Assembly: GCA_963696385.1 (NCBI GenBank)
Contig: CAVOKF010000007.1
Span: 992,001 to 1,056,000 of the forward strand
Direction of reading: 5' to 3'
Length of the DNA: 64,000 bases
Source: an uncultured delta proteobacterium
GTDB lineage: Bacteria; Myxococcota_A; Polyangia; Polyangiales; Polyangiaceae
Below are positions 1 through 9,385 of this stretch, piece after piece (positions within the stretch are counted from its first letter, which is position 1; each line of letters begins with the position of its first letter). The position numbers and the translations under genes are program-made. The notes beneath the pieces were generated by a model. The model saw nothing but the letters and a program-made list of their open reading frames with translations. It had not been told where the DNA came from and ran no database searches.

Positions 1-2
1 AC

Positions 3-461
3 GCAGCACGCGGCCTCGGCCGAAGTCGAACGTGGGATGCGACCGCACGGCTCGTGCAAGCCTTCGCTTGGGAGACCCAGGCCGAAGTCCGCCGAGCCAT
101 CGTCGCCGCACTGGTCGCGGGCGACGACGGCCGCGACGCGCAAGGTTCGCGGCAGACGATCGATCTCGCGGCCACCCTGGATCCGGACCCGGGGGTGCGG
201 TGGCTGGCGAGCCACGATCGATCGTACGGCAAGATCGTCAACGGGGAGCCGGGACGCGAGGTGGCTTGGATCCGACTCGTTGCCGCGTACCAAGCGGAGC
301 TCCCATCCAACGCGATCGCACTGTGGGTCGGGAGCGACGGCACCGCGATCCCGATCGCATTCGACGACGACGGATACGCGCTCGTGCCCGGTGTTCCGGC
401 GGGGGAGTCACGGTTACGGCTTGCGCCGCGGCTACCGGCATATTCTCCTCCAAGTCCATGA
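3..461 (+). CDS. Hypothetical protein, 5'-truncated by the window edge
   Basis: Frame is open from position 3 to TGA 459-461, which overlaps the xseB ATG (ATGA coupling). No family recognised. Confidence 0.6.
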   Translation, partial: AARGLGRSRTWDATARLVQAFAWETQAEVRRAIVAALVAGDDGRDAQGSRQTIDLAATLDPDPGVRWLASHDRSYGKIVNGEPGREVAWIRLVAAYQAELPSNAIALWVGSDGTAIPIAFDDDGYALVPGVPAGESRLRLAPRLPAYSPPSP

Positions 462-787
462 ACCGCCGCCCACCCGAGCCTTCGCCCGATCCGTCCGAGC
501 CCTCGTTCGAGGCCGCGATCAAGCGACTGACGGAAATCGTCCAGACGCTCGAACGGGGCGAGCTCGCGCTGGAAGAATCGCTCCGACTCTTCGAGGAAGG
601 CGTCAAGCTCTCACGCCTGTCGCAGCTCCGCCTGGACGCAGCGGAAAAGCGCGTCGAGCAGTTGCTCGCCGTGGATGAACAGGGGCGCGCCCGAACGTCG
701 CCGTTCACCACGGACGCACAAGACGACGAAGATGGCGGCGGGCGCCCCGTCGTCGACGAAGGTCAACGTCCGATCGCGCCGCGATAG
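458..787 (+). CDS. xseB: Exodeoxyribonuclease VII small subunit
   Basis: SFEAAIKRLTEIVQTLERGELALEESLRLFEEGVKLSR...LDAAEKRVEQL is the typical XseB pattern; ATG at 458. Confidence 0.92.
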   Translation: MNRRPPEPSPDPSEPSFEAAIKRLTEIVQTLERGELALEESLRLFEEGVKLSRLSQLRLDAAEKRVEQLLAVDEQGRARTSPFTTDAQDDEDGGGRPVVDEGQRPIAPR

Positions 788-1713
788 ACCCAGCCCTCGC
801 TGGTGTATCCGTCTCCGTATTTGACGGGCCACCAACCGTCTTTGGGGGACCCGATCCGAAGGGTGGTGCCGCGCTGCAAGCGCGCGATGACCTTGCCGGT
901 CTTCGGCGAGTCTCGGACGATCGCCACCTCCCATTCCACCTGAGCGGTTCGTGGATCGGAATCGGGCGGGACCTCCTGAACGGCGGAGGGGATGACGGCG
1001 GCGGGCGAAGCCGGCGCACTGCCCGTGAACGCAACCGCGTAGGCGACCGAATACTTCGGGTGTTCGTGGGAAATCCCGGCAATGCGTACCCCCGCAAGGT
1101 CGCTCCGCGCGCATCCGAGCCATGCATCGGCGGATGAAATCGGATGCGAGCGGCTGAGCTCGGTCGTGAAGGTCTCCCGGGCGAAGTCGACGGTGAGCAC
1201 GAGATGCAACTTGCCCGCCGCCCCCGAGGCCTCTGGACAACTCGAGAGCCGGCGGAGGCGCGGCATCACGACGGCGTCCAGCCCCGACAGACCGCCGCAG
1301 TCGGCCCCCTTGAGGGATTCGTTCTGCGCCGTCTTGCAGCCGATCACGTAGCCTCGCAGCACCGTGGCTTCGGTCGGGCTCGCCTCCGGCACCGGCTGCG
1401 TCACAGCCCCTGACAAAGAGGAGGCCCCGCCCCCAGCCGAGGCCACGTCCGCAGGTGCACCCGCGCTGCCGCTCGCCGATGCGGCGGGGGTCGATTCGAT
1501 CGGTCCGCTCGAGGCCGAAGGAGACGCGGGGACACTCGGACCCAGTCGAACGCCGGCGATGCGGGGCCACGCCAGGCCGACGACGAAACCGATCGCCGCG
1601 ATGACGCCCACCTTGGTCCACGAGGGATGGTCGGCCTGCGCGCTGGGGACCTGAACCGTGGGCCGATCATCGGCGTTCGCGGGACGAAGGGCCATCGACG
1701 TACGGATTACCAT
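763..1713 (-). CDS. Membrane-anchored protein with C-terminal bacterial SH3-like domain
   Basis: TM segment VGVIAAIGFVVGLAW, Ser/Ala/Pro linker, Cys-containing middle domain, C-terminal AIVRDSPKTGKVIARLQRG...GWWPVKY...EGWVY. Start uncertain (1713 or 1695). 3' end overlaps xseB convergently by 25 bp. Confidence 0.7.
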   Translation of the reverse strand: MVIRTSMALRPANADDRPTVQVPSAQADHPSWTKVGVIAAIGFVVGLAWPRIAGVRLGPSVPASPSASSGPIESTPAASASGSAGAPADVASAGGGASSLSGAVTQPVPEASPTEATVLRGYVIGCKTAQNESLKGADCGGLSGLDAVVMPRLRRLSSCPEASGAAGKLHLVLTVDFARETFTTELSRSHPISSADAWLGCARSDLAGVRIAGISHEHPKYSVAYAVAFTGSAPASPAAVIPSAVQEVPPDSDPRTAQVEWEVAIVRDSPKTGKVIARLQRGTTLRIGSPKDGWWPVKYGDGYTSEGWVYRGAIGR

Positions 1714-1772
1714 ACGAGGTCCGCAACACGCGAAAAGGCTGCGAGCGGCAGCCCGCGAACTCGAGTTCCCGA

Positions 1773-2963
1773 CTAATGCCGCGGTGCCGGCGGCGACAGC
1801 GACGGCGCCGCGTCGTCGCCCAGTCGTCCGAGCGTCAGCCGGATGTCGAATTGCTTCTTCCCCCGCTGGACGCGAACCGTAACCGTTCGGCCCACGCCCG
1901 CGGTGCTGGCGAGCCACCGCAACTGCGCCGAGTGGTCGATCGGTCGCCCCTCGAAAGCAACGATGATGTCTCCCGGCTGAAGATTGCCTTGGTCCGCGGG
2001 TCCGCCGGACGCCACATACTCGACGACGGCCCCCCAGAGTCGGGTGTCCTGCGGGAGCCCCAACGCCGCGCGATCGTCGTTCGAGAGTTCGTGTGCATCG
2101 GCAATCCGAAGGCCGAGCGCACTGCGCGTGACGTGTCCGTCGCGTAGAAGCATCGGAAGAAGCTGCTTGACCATGTTGATCGGAATCGCGAAGCCGATTC
2201 CTTGCGCTCCACCACCCCGGATTGCCGTATTGATGCCGACGACCTCGCCCCTGAGATTGAGCAGTGGCCCTCCGGAGTTTCCCGGATTGATCGAGGCGTC
2301 GGTCTGCAGAAAACTGTAGTATCCACTCGGGTCGAGCGGCCCGTCCTCGAGAGTTCGTCCCTTCGCGCTGATGATTCCAGCGCTCACGGTATGGGCGAGG
2401 CCGAACGGATTGCCGATTGCGACCACCCAGTCGCCGACGTCAGTGGCGTCGGAGTCGCCGAGCGGCAGGGGCCGGAGATCCTTCGCATCGATCCGAATGA
2501 CCGCAACGTCGGTCGGCGCGTCGGTGCCTACGACTCGGCCCGGGAGTTCCCGATCGTCGGAAAGCTTCACCTGAACGGCGTTGGCGCCTTCGACCACGTG
2601 GTTGTTCGTGAGAACGATGCCATTGCGATCGACCACGAAGCCCGTGCCGAGCCCGCGCATTTCGCGCCGTGCGAGATGCGTGAACGGAGAAATTTCGACC
2701 GTCACGGTATTGATGGTCACAACGCTCGGATCCGCCGCCCGCGCAATCGGAGCGAAACTGACCGGTTCGCCACGGACGGCCACCGGGAACGGCTCGCCTT
2801 GCGTCCGGGCCGGCGACGGTTCGGGCGCAAGGGCGACGGACGTCGCTCCGGGCGGCAGGATGGCACTGTCCTCTCGCCCCGCTTCGTGTCGGGCGTACTT
2901 GCACGCCCCCGATAGGGTGGTCACCGTCAGCACCGCCATGCCGAGCGCCGCGGCGCGGACCAT
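1773..2963 (-). CDS. HtrA/DegP-family serine protease (trypsin domain + one PDZ), probable lipoprotein
   Basis: Catalytic triad motifs TNNHVV, DVAVI, QTDASINPGNSGGPL; C-terminal PDZ (GGPADQGNLQPGDII); lipobox-like LSGAC. Start 2963 or 2978. Confidence 0.92.
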   Translation of the reverse strand: MVRAAALGMAVLTVTTLSGACKYARHEAGREDSAILPPGATSVALAPEPSPARTQGEPFPVAVRGEPVSFAPIARAADPSVVTINTVTVEISPFTHLARREMRGLGTGFVVDRNGIVLTNNHVVEGANAVQVKLSDDRELPGRVVGTDAPTDVAVIRIDAKDLRPLPLGDSDATDVGDWVVAIGNPFGLAHTVSAGIISAKGRTLEDGPLDPSGYYSFLQTDASINPGNSGGPLLNLRGEVVGINTAIRGGGAQGIGFAIPINMVKQLLPMLLRDGHVTRSALGLRIADAHELSNDDRAALGLPQDTRLWGAVVEYVASGGPADQGNLQPGDIIVAFEGRPIDHSAQLRWLASTAGVGRTVTVRVQRGKKQFDIRLTLGRLGDDAAPSLSPPAPRH

Positions 2964-2974
2964 GCGGTTATGGG

Positions 2975-3268
2975 TCACGTTTTGGAAAGCTCGACGAATC
3001 TCAAGCGGAGGTCGAAAAGAATTTGCCCGATGAGCCGCTCTTCCTCACCGGACAAGTTTCCCTTGGTCTTCTCGTCCAGCATGCCGATGAGATCGATCGT
3101 TTGCCGCGCCAGCGGCAGGTTCCTTTCGACTCGACCGGTCTCCGGGTTCGGCGCTTCGCCAAGATGCATCAGCGCCGAGTGGCTGAGCGACAGCACGAAC
3201 GTCGAGAAATCGACCTGGGGGAGTGTTTCATCGGACTCGTCTCGGGCGCTTGCGTCGACCACCACCAA
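2975..3268 (-). CDS. DUF1844-family protein
   Basis: FSTFVLSLSHSALMHLGE.PNP...ARQTIDLIGMLDEKTKGNLS.EE.RL...LFDLRLRF matches the DUF1844 pattern. Confidence 0.8.
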   Translation of the reverse strand: MVVVDASARDESDETLPQVDFSTFVLSLSHSALMHLGEAPNPETGRVERNLPLARQTIDLIGMLDEKTKGNLSGEEERLIGQILFDLRLRFVELSKT

Positions 3269-3279
3269 GCCCCCCCGCC

Positions 3280-3465
3280 TCAGCTCTCGCGCGGTCCGAG
3301 GGCCGGTTGCGTGAATACGATCGACTCGGCCTGCTCTGCGGCATCGACGAGCTGCGCCAAATGCCGCTCGAGGTCCTTCTCGTCGAAGAAGCCCCTTCGC
3401 AGGTTTCTCTCACGGACGCGCACGTCCCAATCCCAGGCCTGGATCGTCTTGTTGCCGGTCGGCAT
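3280..3465 (-). CDS. Small hypothetical protein (61 aa)
   Basis: AAGGAG RBS upstream of the ATG; sits in operon order between slyD and the DUF1844 gene; normal composition. Confidence 0.7.
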   Translation of the reverse strand: MPTGNKTIQAWDWDVRVRERNLRRGFFDEKDLERHLAQLVDAAEQAESIVFTQPALGPRES

Positions 3466-3512
3466 CGTTCATTCTCCTTGGCAGGCCCCGCGTGGAGCCA
3501 ATCTTCGCGGCG

Positions 3513-4076
3513 TCAGTTGGCGTCGCGCCCAGCGATGTGCACTGGTTCCTCTCCGTGATCGCAGTCCGGCCCGTGAACGTGCTCGTGCGCGTCGTCCAGA
3601 TCGGCTGCGGCACGATCGATTTCCTCGACAGTCGCTGCGCGAACTTCGCGCACGCGGACCACATATCGAAGGGTCATGCCCGCGAGCGGGTGGTTTGCGT
3701 CCACCAGGACGTGGTCGTCGTGCACCTCGGCAACGCTCATGGCGATCTCTTCGCCGTCGGGCGATTCTGCGACGAACTCGTCGCCCACGGCGACCCCGGG
3801 TCGGTCGGGCAATTGGTCGCGGCTTACCTCCAGCAAAAGGCCCTCGTCGTATTCGCCGTAACCCGCCTCGGCCGGGACGACGACCTCGCGCTCGTCGCCC
3901 ACCCGTAGGCCGACGAGCGCAGCCTCCAGCCCGGGTACGAGCATGCCGTAGCCGTGCACATAGCGGATGGGCTGTCCGTCGTCGGCTTCGCTGGCGTCGA
4001 GCAAGTCCCCCTCCTCGTCTCGCAGCTCGTAGTCGACCGTGACGTGGGTATTCGGCTGAATCGTGAGGATGCTCAC
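3513..4076 (-). CDS. slyD: SlyD-type FKBP peptidyl-prolyl cis-trans isomerase
   Basis: YVHGYGMLVPGLEAAL, AEAGYG, VDANHPLAGMTL, and a His/Cys metal-binding tail HEHVHGPDCDH. Confidence 0.92.
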   Translation of the reverse strand: MSILTIQPNTHVTVDYELRDEEGDLLDASEADDGQPIRYVHGYGMLVPGLEAALVGLRVGDEREVVVPAEAGYGEYDEGLLLEVSRDQLPDRPGVAVGDEFVAESPDGEEIAMSVAEVHDDHVLVDANHPLAGMTLRYVVRVREVRAATVEEIDRAAADLDDAHEHVHGPDCDHGEEPVHIAGRDAN

Positions 4077-4243
4077 GGGCGGAGCACTAGCTCGGCCGAA
4101 CCGCGGCGTCGAGTCGCGCCGATTGGGCGGATCGGCCCCGCTCGTACGACGGACCGAACGGTAGGTCGGAAATCGAGCGGCGAACGCCGCGGCTACGGAG
4201 GCCCGGCGGCTGGGACGTTGTTACTGTGGCCGAACGAGTGTCC

Positions 4244-5575
4244 ATGACGCGTCGTGCAGTCTTCTCGTGGGCGATCGGGCTCGCTCTCAGCATCGGCTTA
4301 TGTGCGGGCGCGTGGCGCTATTACCGAACGCACCGCCCGCCGCTCGTGACGTACCAGACGGCGCCGGTGGCGCGCCGCCGAGTCATAGGTCGTGTGACTG
4401 CCACCGGAACCCTGCTGGCGACCGTGACGGTGCAGGTCGGCACACAGGTCTCCGGCAATGTTCAGAAGCTTTTGGTCGACTACAATTCGCCGGTCAAGAA
4501 GGGCCAGCTCATCGCCAAGATCAATCCCCTGCTCTTCGAAGCGGCGGTGGAGCAAGCCAGCGCGAATTATGCATCGGCCAAGGCCGCTTTGCAGAGCGCG
4601 AGGGCGCAAGCCGACCTGGCCGTCAAACAGCTCGCGCGGTTGCAGGCGCTCGAGAAGGTGAACCTTGCCGCCAAACAAGACGTCGACTCGGCGCAGTCGA
4701 ACGCCGACGTGACGACCGCCCAAGTTCAGGTGGCCGTCGCGGCTCTGGCGCAAGCCCAGGCGCAGCTTCACCAAGCCGAGACGAATCTGTCGTTCACGAA
4801 CATCGTGTCGCCGATCGACGGAACGGTGATCTCGCGCAGCGTCGACGTCGGCCAAACCGTGGCGGCGTCGCTGCAGGCGCCGACGGTCTTCACCATCGCG
4901 GAGGACCTCCGCAAGATGCAGGTCAATACCAACGTGTCCGAAGGGGACATCGGGCGCGTCGAAGAAGGGATGGCCGCGACATTCACGGTCGACGCATTTC
5001 CGGGCCAGCGCTTCCGCGGGCGCGTGAGCCAAATTCGCAACTCCGCCACCACCGTACAAAATGTCGTCACCTACGACGCCGTGATCGACGTGGACAATGC
5101 CGATCTGCGTCTCCGGCCCGGCATGACCGCCAACGTGACGATCGTCTACGCGGACCGACGCGATGCCCTCGCGGTTCCCAATGCTGCCTTGCGATTCCGG
5201 CCCCCGCCGGAGTCCAACGTTCGCGCTCCCCCGCAGGCGGAAGCCAGGGGGCGCTCCGGTGACGGCCGCGGAGGGGTCGAGGGCGGCGGGCATGGGGCGA
5301 ACGCCCGTCCGTCCGACGACGGGCAGCACCCCCACAGCGGCGAGTGGCCTCATGGGCACGACGGCAACCAGCAATCGGCCGACGCGAAAACGGTCTGGAA
5401 GCTCGTTGGGGGCGAACCGGTCGCGGTTGGCGCGACCGTGGGGTTGTCCGACGGCGCCTTTACCGAGGTGACGGGAGGAGACCTCAGCGAAGGCGATCCG
5501 GTCGTGATCGACGCCGATGTCAGCGGCAAGACACCTGCGGCAACCTCGCTGGCCGGTCCTCGAAGGCCATTCTAG
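4244..5575 (+). CDS. MacA-like periplasmic adaptor (membrane fusion protein)
   Basis: N-terminal TM, VQVGTQVSG...VDYNSPVKKGQLIA, coiled coil, IVSPIDGTVISRSVDVGQTVAASLQAP, LRPGMTA. Confidence 0.9.
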   Translation: MTRRAVFSWAIGLALSIGLCAGAWRYYRTHRPPLVTYQTAPVARRRVIGRVTATGTLLATVTVQVGTQVSGNVQKLLVDYNSPVKKGQLIAKINPLLFEAAVEQASANYASAKAALQSARAQADLAVKQLARLQALEKVNLAAKQDVDSAQSNADVTTAQVQVAVAALAQAQAQLHQAETNLSFTNIVSPIDGTVISRSVDVGQTVAASLQAPTVFTIAEDLRKMQVNTNVSEGDIGRVEEGMAATFTVDAFPGQRFRGRVSQIRNSATTVQNVVTYDAVIDVDNADLRLRPGMTANVTIVYADRRDALAVPNAALRFRPPPESNVRAPPQAEARGRSGDGRGGVEGGGHGANARPSDDGQHPHSGEWPHGHDGNQQSADAKTVWKLVGGEPVAVGATVGLSDGAFTEVTGGDLSEGDPVVIDADVSGKTPAATSLAGPRRPF

Positions 5576-5716
5576 AGCAAAGAACATGTTGGCTCCCGTC
5601 GGCTTTCTGCGGCTTTCCCGCCTCTCAGGGCGTTGCTCCTGCTCAGCCTTCCGAGGGGCCCCGCAGAAACACTCGTCTCACGCCCTGCATGTGCGGCGCG
5701 GTCGGGCCGGCAACTG

Positions 5717-6436
5717 ATGGGCGAGGCACTGGTCGCGCTGGAGGCGATTTCACGCTTCTACACCGCCGGCGACACGGTGGTGCGCGCGCTCGACGGCGTG
5801 ACCCTCTCGATCGATGGCGGCGAATTCGTCGCCATCATGGGCCCTTCCGGATCGGGCAAGTCGACGCTGATGAACGTGCTCGGATGCCTCGACCGACCCA
5901 CGGATGGACGATATTTTCTCGCAGGTCGCGAAGTGTCGCGGCTGAGCAAGGCGGAGCTCGCGGACGTTCGCAACCGTGTTCTCGGCTTCGTCTTCCAGAG
6001 CTTCAATCTGCTGCCGCGCACGAGCGCACTCGAGAACGTGGAACTGCCGCTCATGTACCAGGGTCTGCGCGGCCGTGAACGCCGCCGCCGCGCGGTCGAG
6101 GCCCTCGAGAGCGTTGGACTCGGCGACCGCATTGAGCACAACCCCAATCAGTTATCGGGTGGTCAGCAGCAGCGCGTGGCGATTGCCCGCGCACTCGTCA
6201 CCAAGCCGCGTCTGGTCTTGGCGGACGAGCCGACCGGCAACCTCGACTCGCGTACGAGCCTCGACGTCATGGCCATCCTTCAAGAGCTCGGCGGCCATGG
6301 AATCACGGTCGTCCTGGTCACCCACGAACCGGACGTCGCCCAGTTCGCGACGCGCGTCGTCGTCGTTAAGGACGGGCAGGTCCGAACCGACGAGCGCCGA
6401 ACCCCGAAGTCCGCAGCGGCCGCGCGGGAGGCGTAG
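5717..6436 (+). CDS. MacB/LolD-like ABC transporter ATP-binding protein
   Basis: Walker [20 protein letters not shown], signature [13 protein letters not shown], Walker [12 protein letters not shown]-loop VTHE. Confidence 0.93.
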   Translation: MGEALVALEAISRFYTAGDTVVRALDGVTLSIDGGEFVAIMGPSGSGKSTLMNVLGCLDRPTDGRYFLAGREVSRLSKAELADVRNRVLGFVFQSFNLLPRTSALENVELPLMYQGLRGRERRRRAVEALESVGLGDRIEHNPNQLSGGQQQRVAIARALVTKPRLVLADEPTGNLDSRTSLDVMAILQELGGHGITVVLVTHEPDVAQFATRVVVVKDGQVRTDERRTPKSAAAAREA

Positions 6437-7666
6437 ATGTTTCTTTGGCAAACGCTGCGCGTGGCTCTGCGGGCCATCTTCCGGAACAAACTCCGGTCGT
6501 TCCTGACGACCCTCGGGATCATCATCGGCGTCGGCGCGGTCATCGCGATGATGGCGATCGGTGCCGGAGCCAAATCGCAGGTGGAGCAGGCCTTCGCAGC
6601 CATGGGCACGAATTTGCTCATCATCTTGCCGGGATCGGCGACGTCGGGAGGCGCGCGGGGTGGGTTCGGTTCGATGCCCTCGCTCACCAAGGACGACGTC
6701 GAAGCCATTCGAACCCAAGTCGCGACCGTCAAAAGGGCCGCTCCGGCCCTGCGATCGGGTCAGTCGCTCGTGGGCGACGTGGCCAACTGGACCACGAGCG
6801 TCACCGGCACGACCCCCGACTACTTTCTCATCCGCAACTGGCCGATGCAGTCCGGCGTCTCGCTGACCGAACAGGACGTGGAGGGCGGGGCGAAGGTGAT
6901 GGTCCTCGGGCAAACGGTGGCCGACAAGCTCTTCGGTCCGAACTCGGATCCCGTCGGGCAGACAGTTCGAGTCGGTAGCACGCCATTTTCCGTCGTCGGG
7001 CTCGCCGCCGAGAAGGGGCAGTCGAGCAGCGGACAGGACTACGACGATGCAACGTTCATCCCGGTGTCGACGTACGAACACAAGATTCAGGGGAGCCTGA
7101 ACAACTATCTTCAGGGGACGATCTACGTCGAGGCCACTTCCTCGGCCGACGTCGACCGAGCGCAAAAGGCCATCACCGCGCTGCTGCGCGACCGGCACCG
7201 TCTCTCCGCGCGCGACGACGACGACTTCTCTATCCGCAACATGAGCGAGATCGCCGGGGCCCGCCAGCAGGGAACCGAGACGATGACGATGCTCCTCGCA
7301 AGCGTCGCCGCAGTCTCGCTGCTCGTCGGCGGGATCGGCATCATGAATATCATGCTCGTCAGCGTGACCGAGCGAACGCGCGAAATCGGCCTCCGCATGG
7401 CGCTCGGCGCAAAACCGCTGAACGTTTTGACGCAGTTTCTCATCGAAGCGCTCGTGCTTTCGCTCGCGGGAGGAGCGCTCGGGATCGGCGTCGGTCTCGG
7501 AATCGCCCAAGGCCTGGCGCATCGGTTTGGCTGGCCGATGCTGGTCCAGCCGCAAGTGATCCTCGCCTCGGTGCTCTTCAGCGCTTCGGTCGGGATCATC
7601 TTCGGTCTCTACCCGGCACGCAAGGCATCGCAGCTCGATCCGATCGATGCGCTGCGGTACGAATGA
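6437..7666 (+). CDS. MacB-like ABC transporter permease
   Basis: RSFLTTLGIIIGVGAVIAM, MacB periplasmic core, SLLVGGIGIMNIMLVSVTERTREIGLRMALGA, C-terminal DPIDALRYE. Confidence 0.93.
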   Translation: MFLWQTLRVALRAIFRNKLRSFLTTLGIIIGVGAVIAMMAIGAGAKSQVEQAFAAMGTNLLIILPGSATSGGARGGFGSMPSLTKDDVEAIRTQVATVKRAAPALRSGQSLVGDVANWTTSVTGTTPDYFLIRNWPMQSGVSLTEQDVEGGAKVMVLGQTVADKLFGPNSDPVGQTVRVGSTPFSVVGLAAEKGQSSSGQDYDDATFIPVSTYEHKIQGSLNNYLQGTIYVEATSSADVDRAQKAITALLRDRHRLSARDDDDFSIRNMSEIAGARQQGTETMTMLLASVAAVSLLVGGIGIMNIMLVSVTERTREIGLRMALGAKPLNVLTQFLIEALVLSLAGGALGIGVGLGIAQGLAHRFGWPMLVQPQVILASVLFSASVGIIFGLYPARKASQLDPIDALRYE

Positions 7667-7693
7667 CGGGCAGTCTCCAGCCCCAAACGCGTA

Positions 7694-9385
7694 TTACTCG
7701 TACCGCAATCCGTCGACGGGCCGCAGTTGCGACGCTTGCTTGGCGGGAAACAGCGTGGCGATCGTGCAGATCGTGAGTGCGGCGATCGTAACGGCGCCGT
7801 AGTCCCAGCCGTTCACGTCGATGGGTAGGCGATCGATGTAGTAGACGTCGGGATCGAGCCGCAGCCCGAACCAGGCCAGCCCGGTGCACAGCGCCAGACC
7901 CGTGGACACTCCGAGCAATGTTCCGATTCCACCGATGATGATTCCTTCGGTCATGAACGTCCGGAGGATGGCCCCGTCGGTGGCGCCGAGTGCCTTGAGA
8001 ATGGCGATCTCTTTGGCCTTCTCGGTCATCATCAAGAGCAGCGTGCAGACGATGCAGAAGCTCGCAACGATGATTTCGATCGACAAGATCAGAAACGTCG
8101 CAATCCGCTCGAGCTTGAGCGCACTGAACAGATTCTTGTTGATCTCGCGCCAATCCCGCACCCTGAGATCGGGATTGTGGACCGCGGCCGCCACGAGAGG
8201 CGTCACCCGATCGGCGTTCTCTGCGTCGTCGACCTTGACGTCGATCGTGGTGATTTGGTCCGGCAGAGCGAAGTAGTTCTGCGCTTCGGCGAGCGTCGTA
8301 TAGACGTGTGTCTCGTCGTACTCGTACATCCCACTGTAAAAGATCGCGGCAATTCGATACTTGCGCGTCTTCGGCATGACGCCCATGGGGCCCAGATCCC
8401 CGAGCGGAGAGACGAGCGTCACTTCGTCGCCGACGTACACGTGCAGCGTCTTTGCGAGCTCCCGACCGACGACCAGACCGGGTCGCAGCGGCGGAGCATC
8501 GATGACTGCGCGTACGGCCGGATCCAGGTCGTCGCCGAGAGGTGGGAGCTCCGGCCCCTTCGTGTATTCTTCTCCGCCCGGGCCGATGCCGATGACTTCG
8601 TCGGCCGGAATGCGACGCAATCGATCGGGATCCTCGAGGTATCCGAGCTTGTCGGACACCTTGACGGGGGCTTCGATGTTCTTGCGGAGATCGATTACGT
8701 TGCCGATCGTCGCCGGGTCGATTCCGTGGACGACGACTCCCGCGAGGTTGGACGTGCTCGCTATCATGACCTCGCCTTGGACCACGGCAGTCGCGCCGAG
8801 GACCCCTGGAATCGCCCGAACGCGGTCGATCACCGGATCGTAGTCCGCCCACCCCGACTGGCTCGCCGTGTCAATCACGATGTGCGCGTTATTTCCCAAG
8901 ATCTTGCGTTTGAGGTCGGCGCTGAACCCGCCCATGACGCTGATCGCGCCTGAGAGTGAGAAGGATGCCAGCGCGACAGCGAAGATCGACAGTCCGCTGA
9001 TGAGCGTGAGAAATCCGCTCTTTTTCGCGCGAACGTGCCTCGCCGCGATGTACAAAGCGAAGGTGCCGCGCTCCAGGCTGTCGAGCGCCCATGGCAAGAG
9101 CGCGACGACGGTGCCGACCAGGAAGAGAACCCCGGCCACGATGGCCCCGGCGCGGATGACGGCATCCCTCACGTTCCACGCCGATCCGTGGAGGACGGGC
9201 AAGCGTTCCGTCCAATACATGAGCCCGAGAAACACCGCCCCGAGGACCGCGCCCACGCTCTGGAGAACGCCGCGGGCCGTCTCGATTCGGGCAAAATCAC
9301 GCCGAGCGCGCCAGGCGAGAAATGCGATGGCCAGAACAGCCACCGCCGCCGTGGACAGGAGCGCGGGGCCGGGGAGTGCTTTCAC
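7694..9385 (-). CDS. LolC/E-family lipoprotein-releasing ABC permease with N-terminal TM extension
   Basis: ISVMGGF...KILGNNAHI, GLVVGRELA, FYSGMYEYD, DWREINKNLFSALKLE, EKAKEIAILKALGA, DVYYIDRLP. GTG overlaps the lysS stop. Confidence 0.85.
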   Translation of the reverse strand: MKALPGPALLSTAAVAVLAIAFLAWRARRDFARIETARGVLQSVGAVLGAVFLGLMYWTERLPVLHGSAWNVRDAVIRAGAIVAGVLFLVGTVVALLPWALDSLERGTFALYIAARHVRAKKSGFLTLISGLSIFAVALASFSLSGAISVMGGFSADLKRKILGNNAHIVIDTASQSGWADYDPVIDRVRAIPGVLGATAVVQGEVMIASTSNLAGVVVHGIDPATIGNVIDLRKNIEAPVKVSDKLGYLEDPDRLRRIPADEVIGIGPGGEEYTKGPELPPLGDDLDPAVRAVIDAPPLRPGLVVGRELAKTLHVYVGDEVTLVSPLGDLGPMGVMPKTRKYRIAAIFYSGMYEYDETHVYTTLAEAQNYFALPDQITTIDVKVDDAENADRVTPLVAAAVHNPDLRVRDWREINKNLFSALKLERIATFLILSIEIIVASFCIVCTLLLMMTEKAKEIAILKALGATDGAILRTFMTEGIIIGGIGTLLGVSTGLALCTGLAWFGLRLDPDVYYIDRLPIDVNGWDYGAVTIAALTICTIATLFPAKQASQLRPVDGLRYE

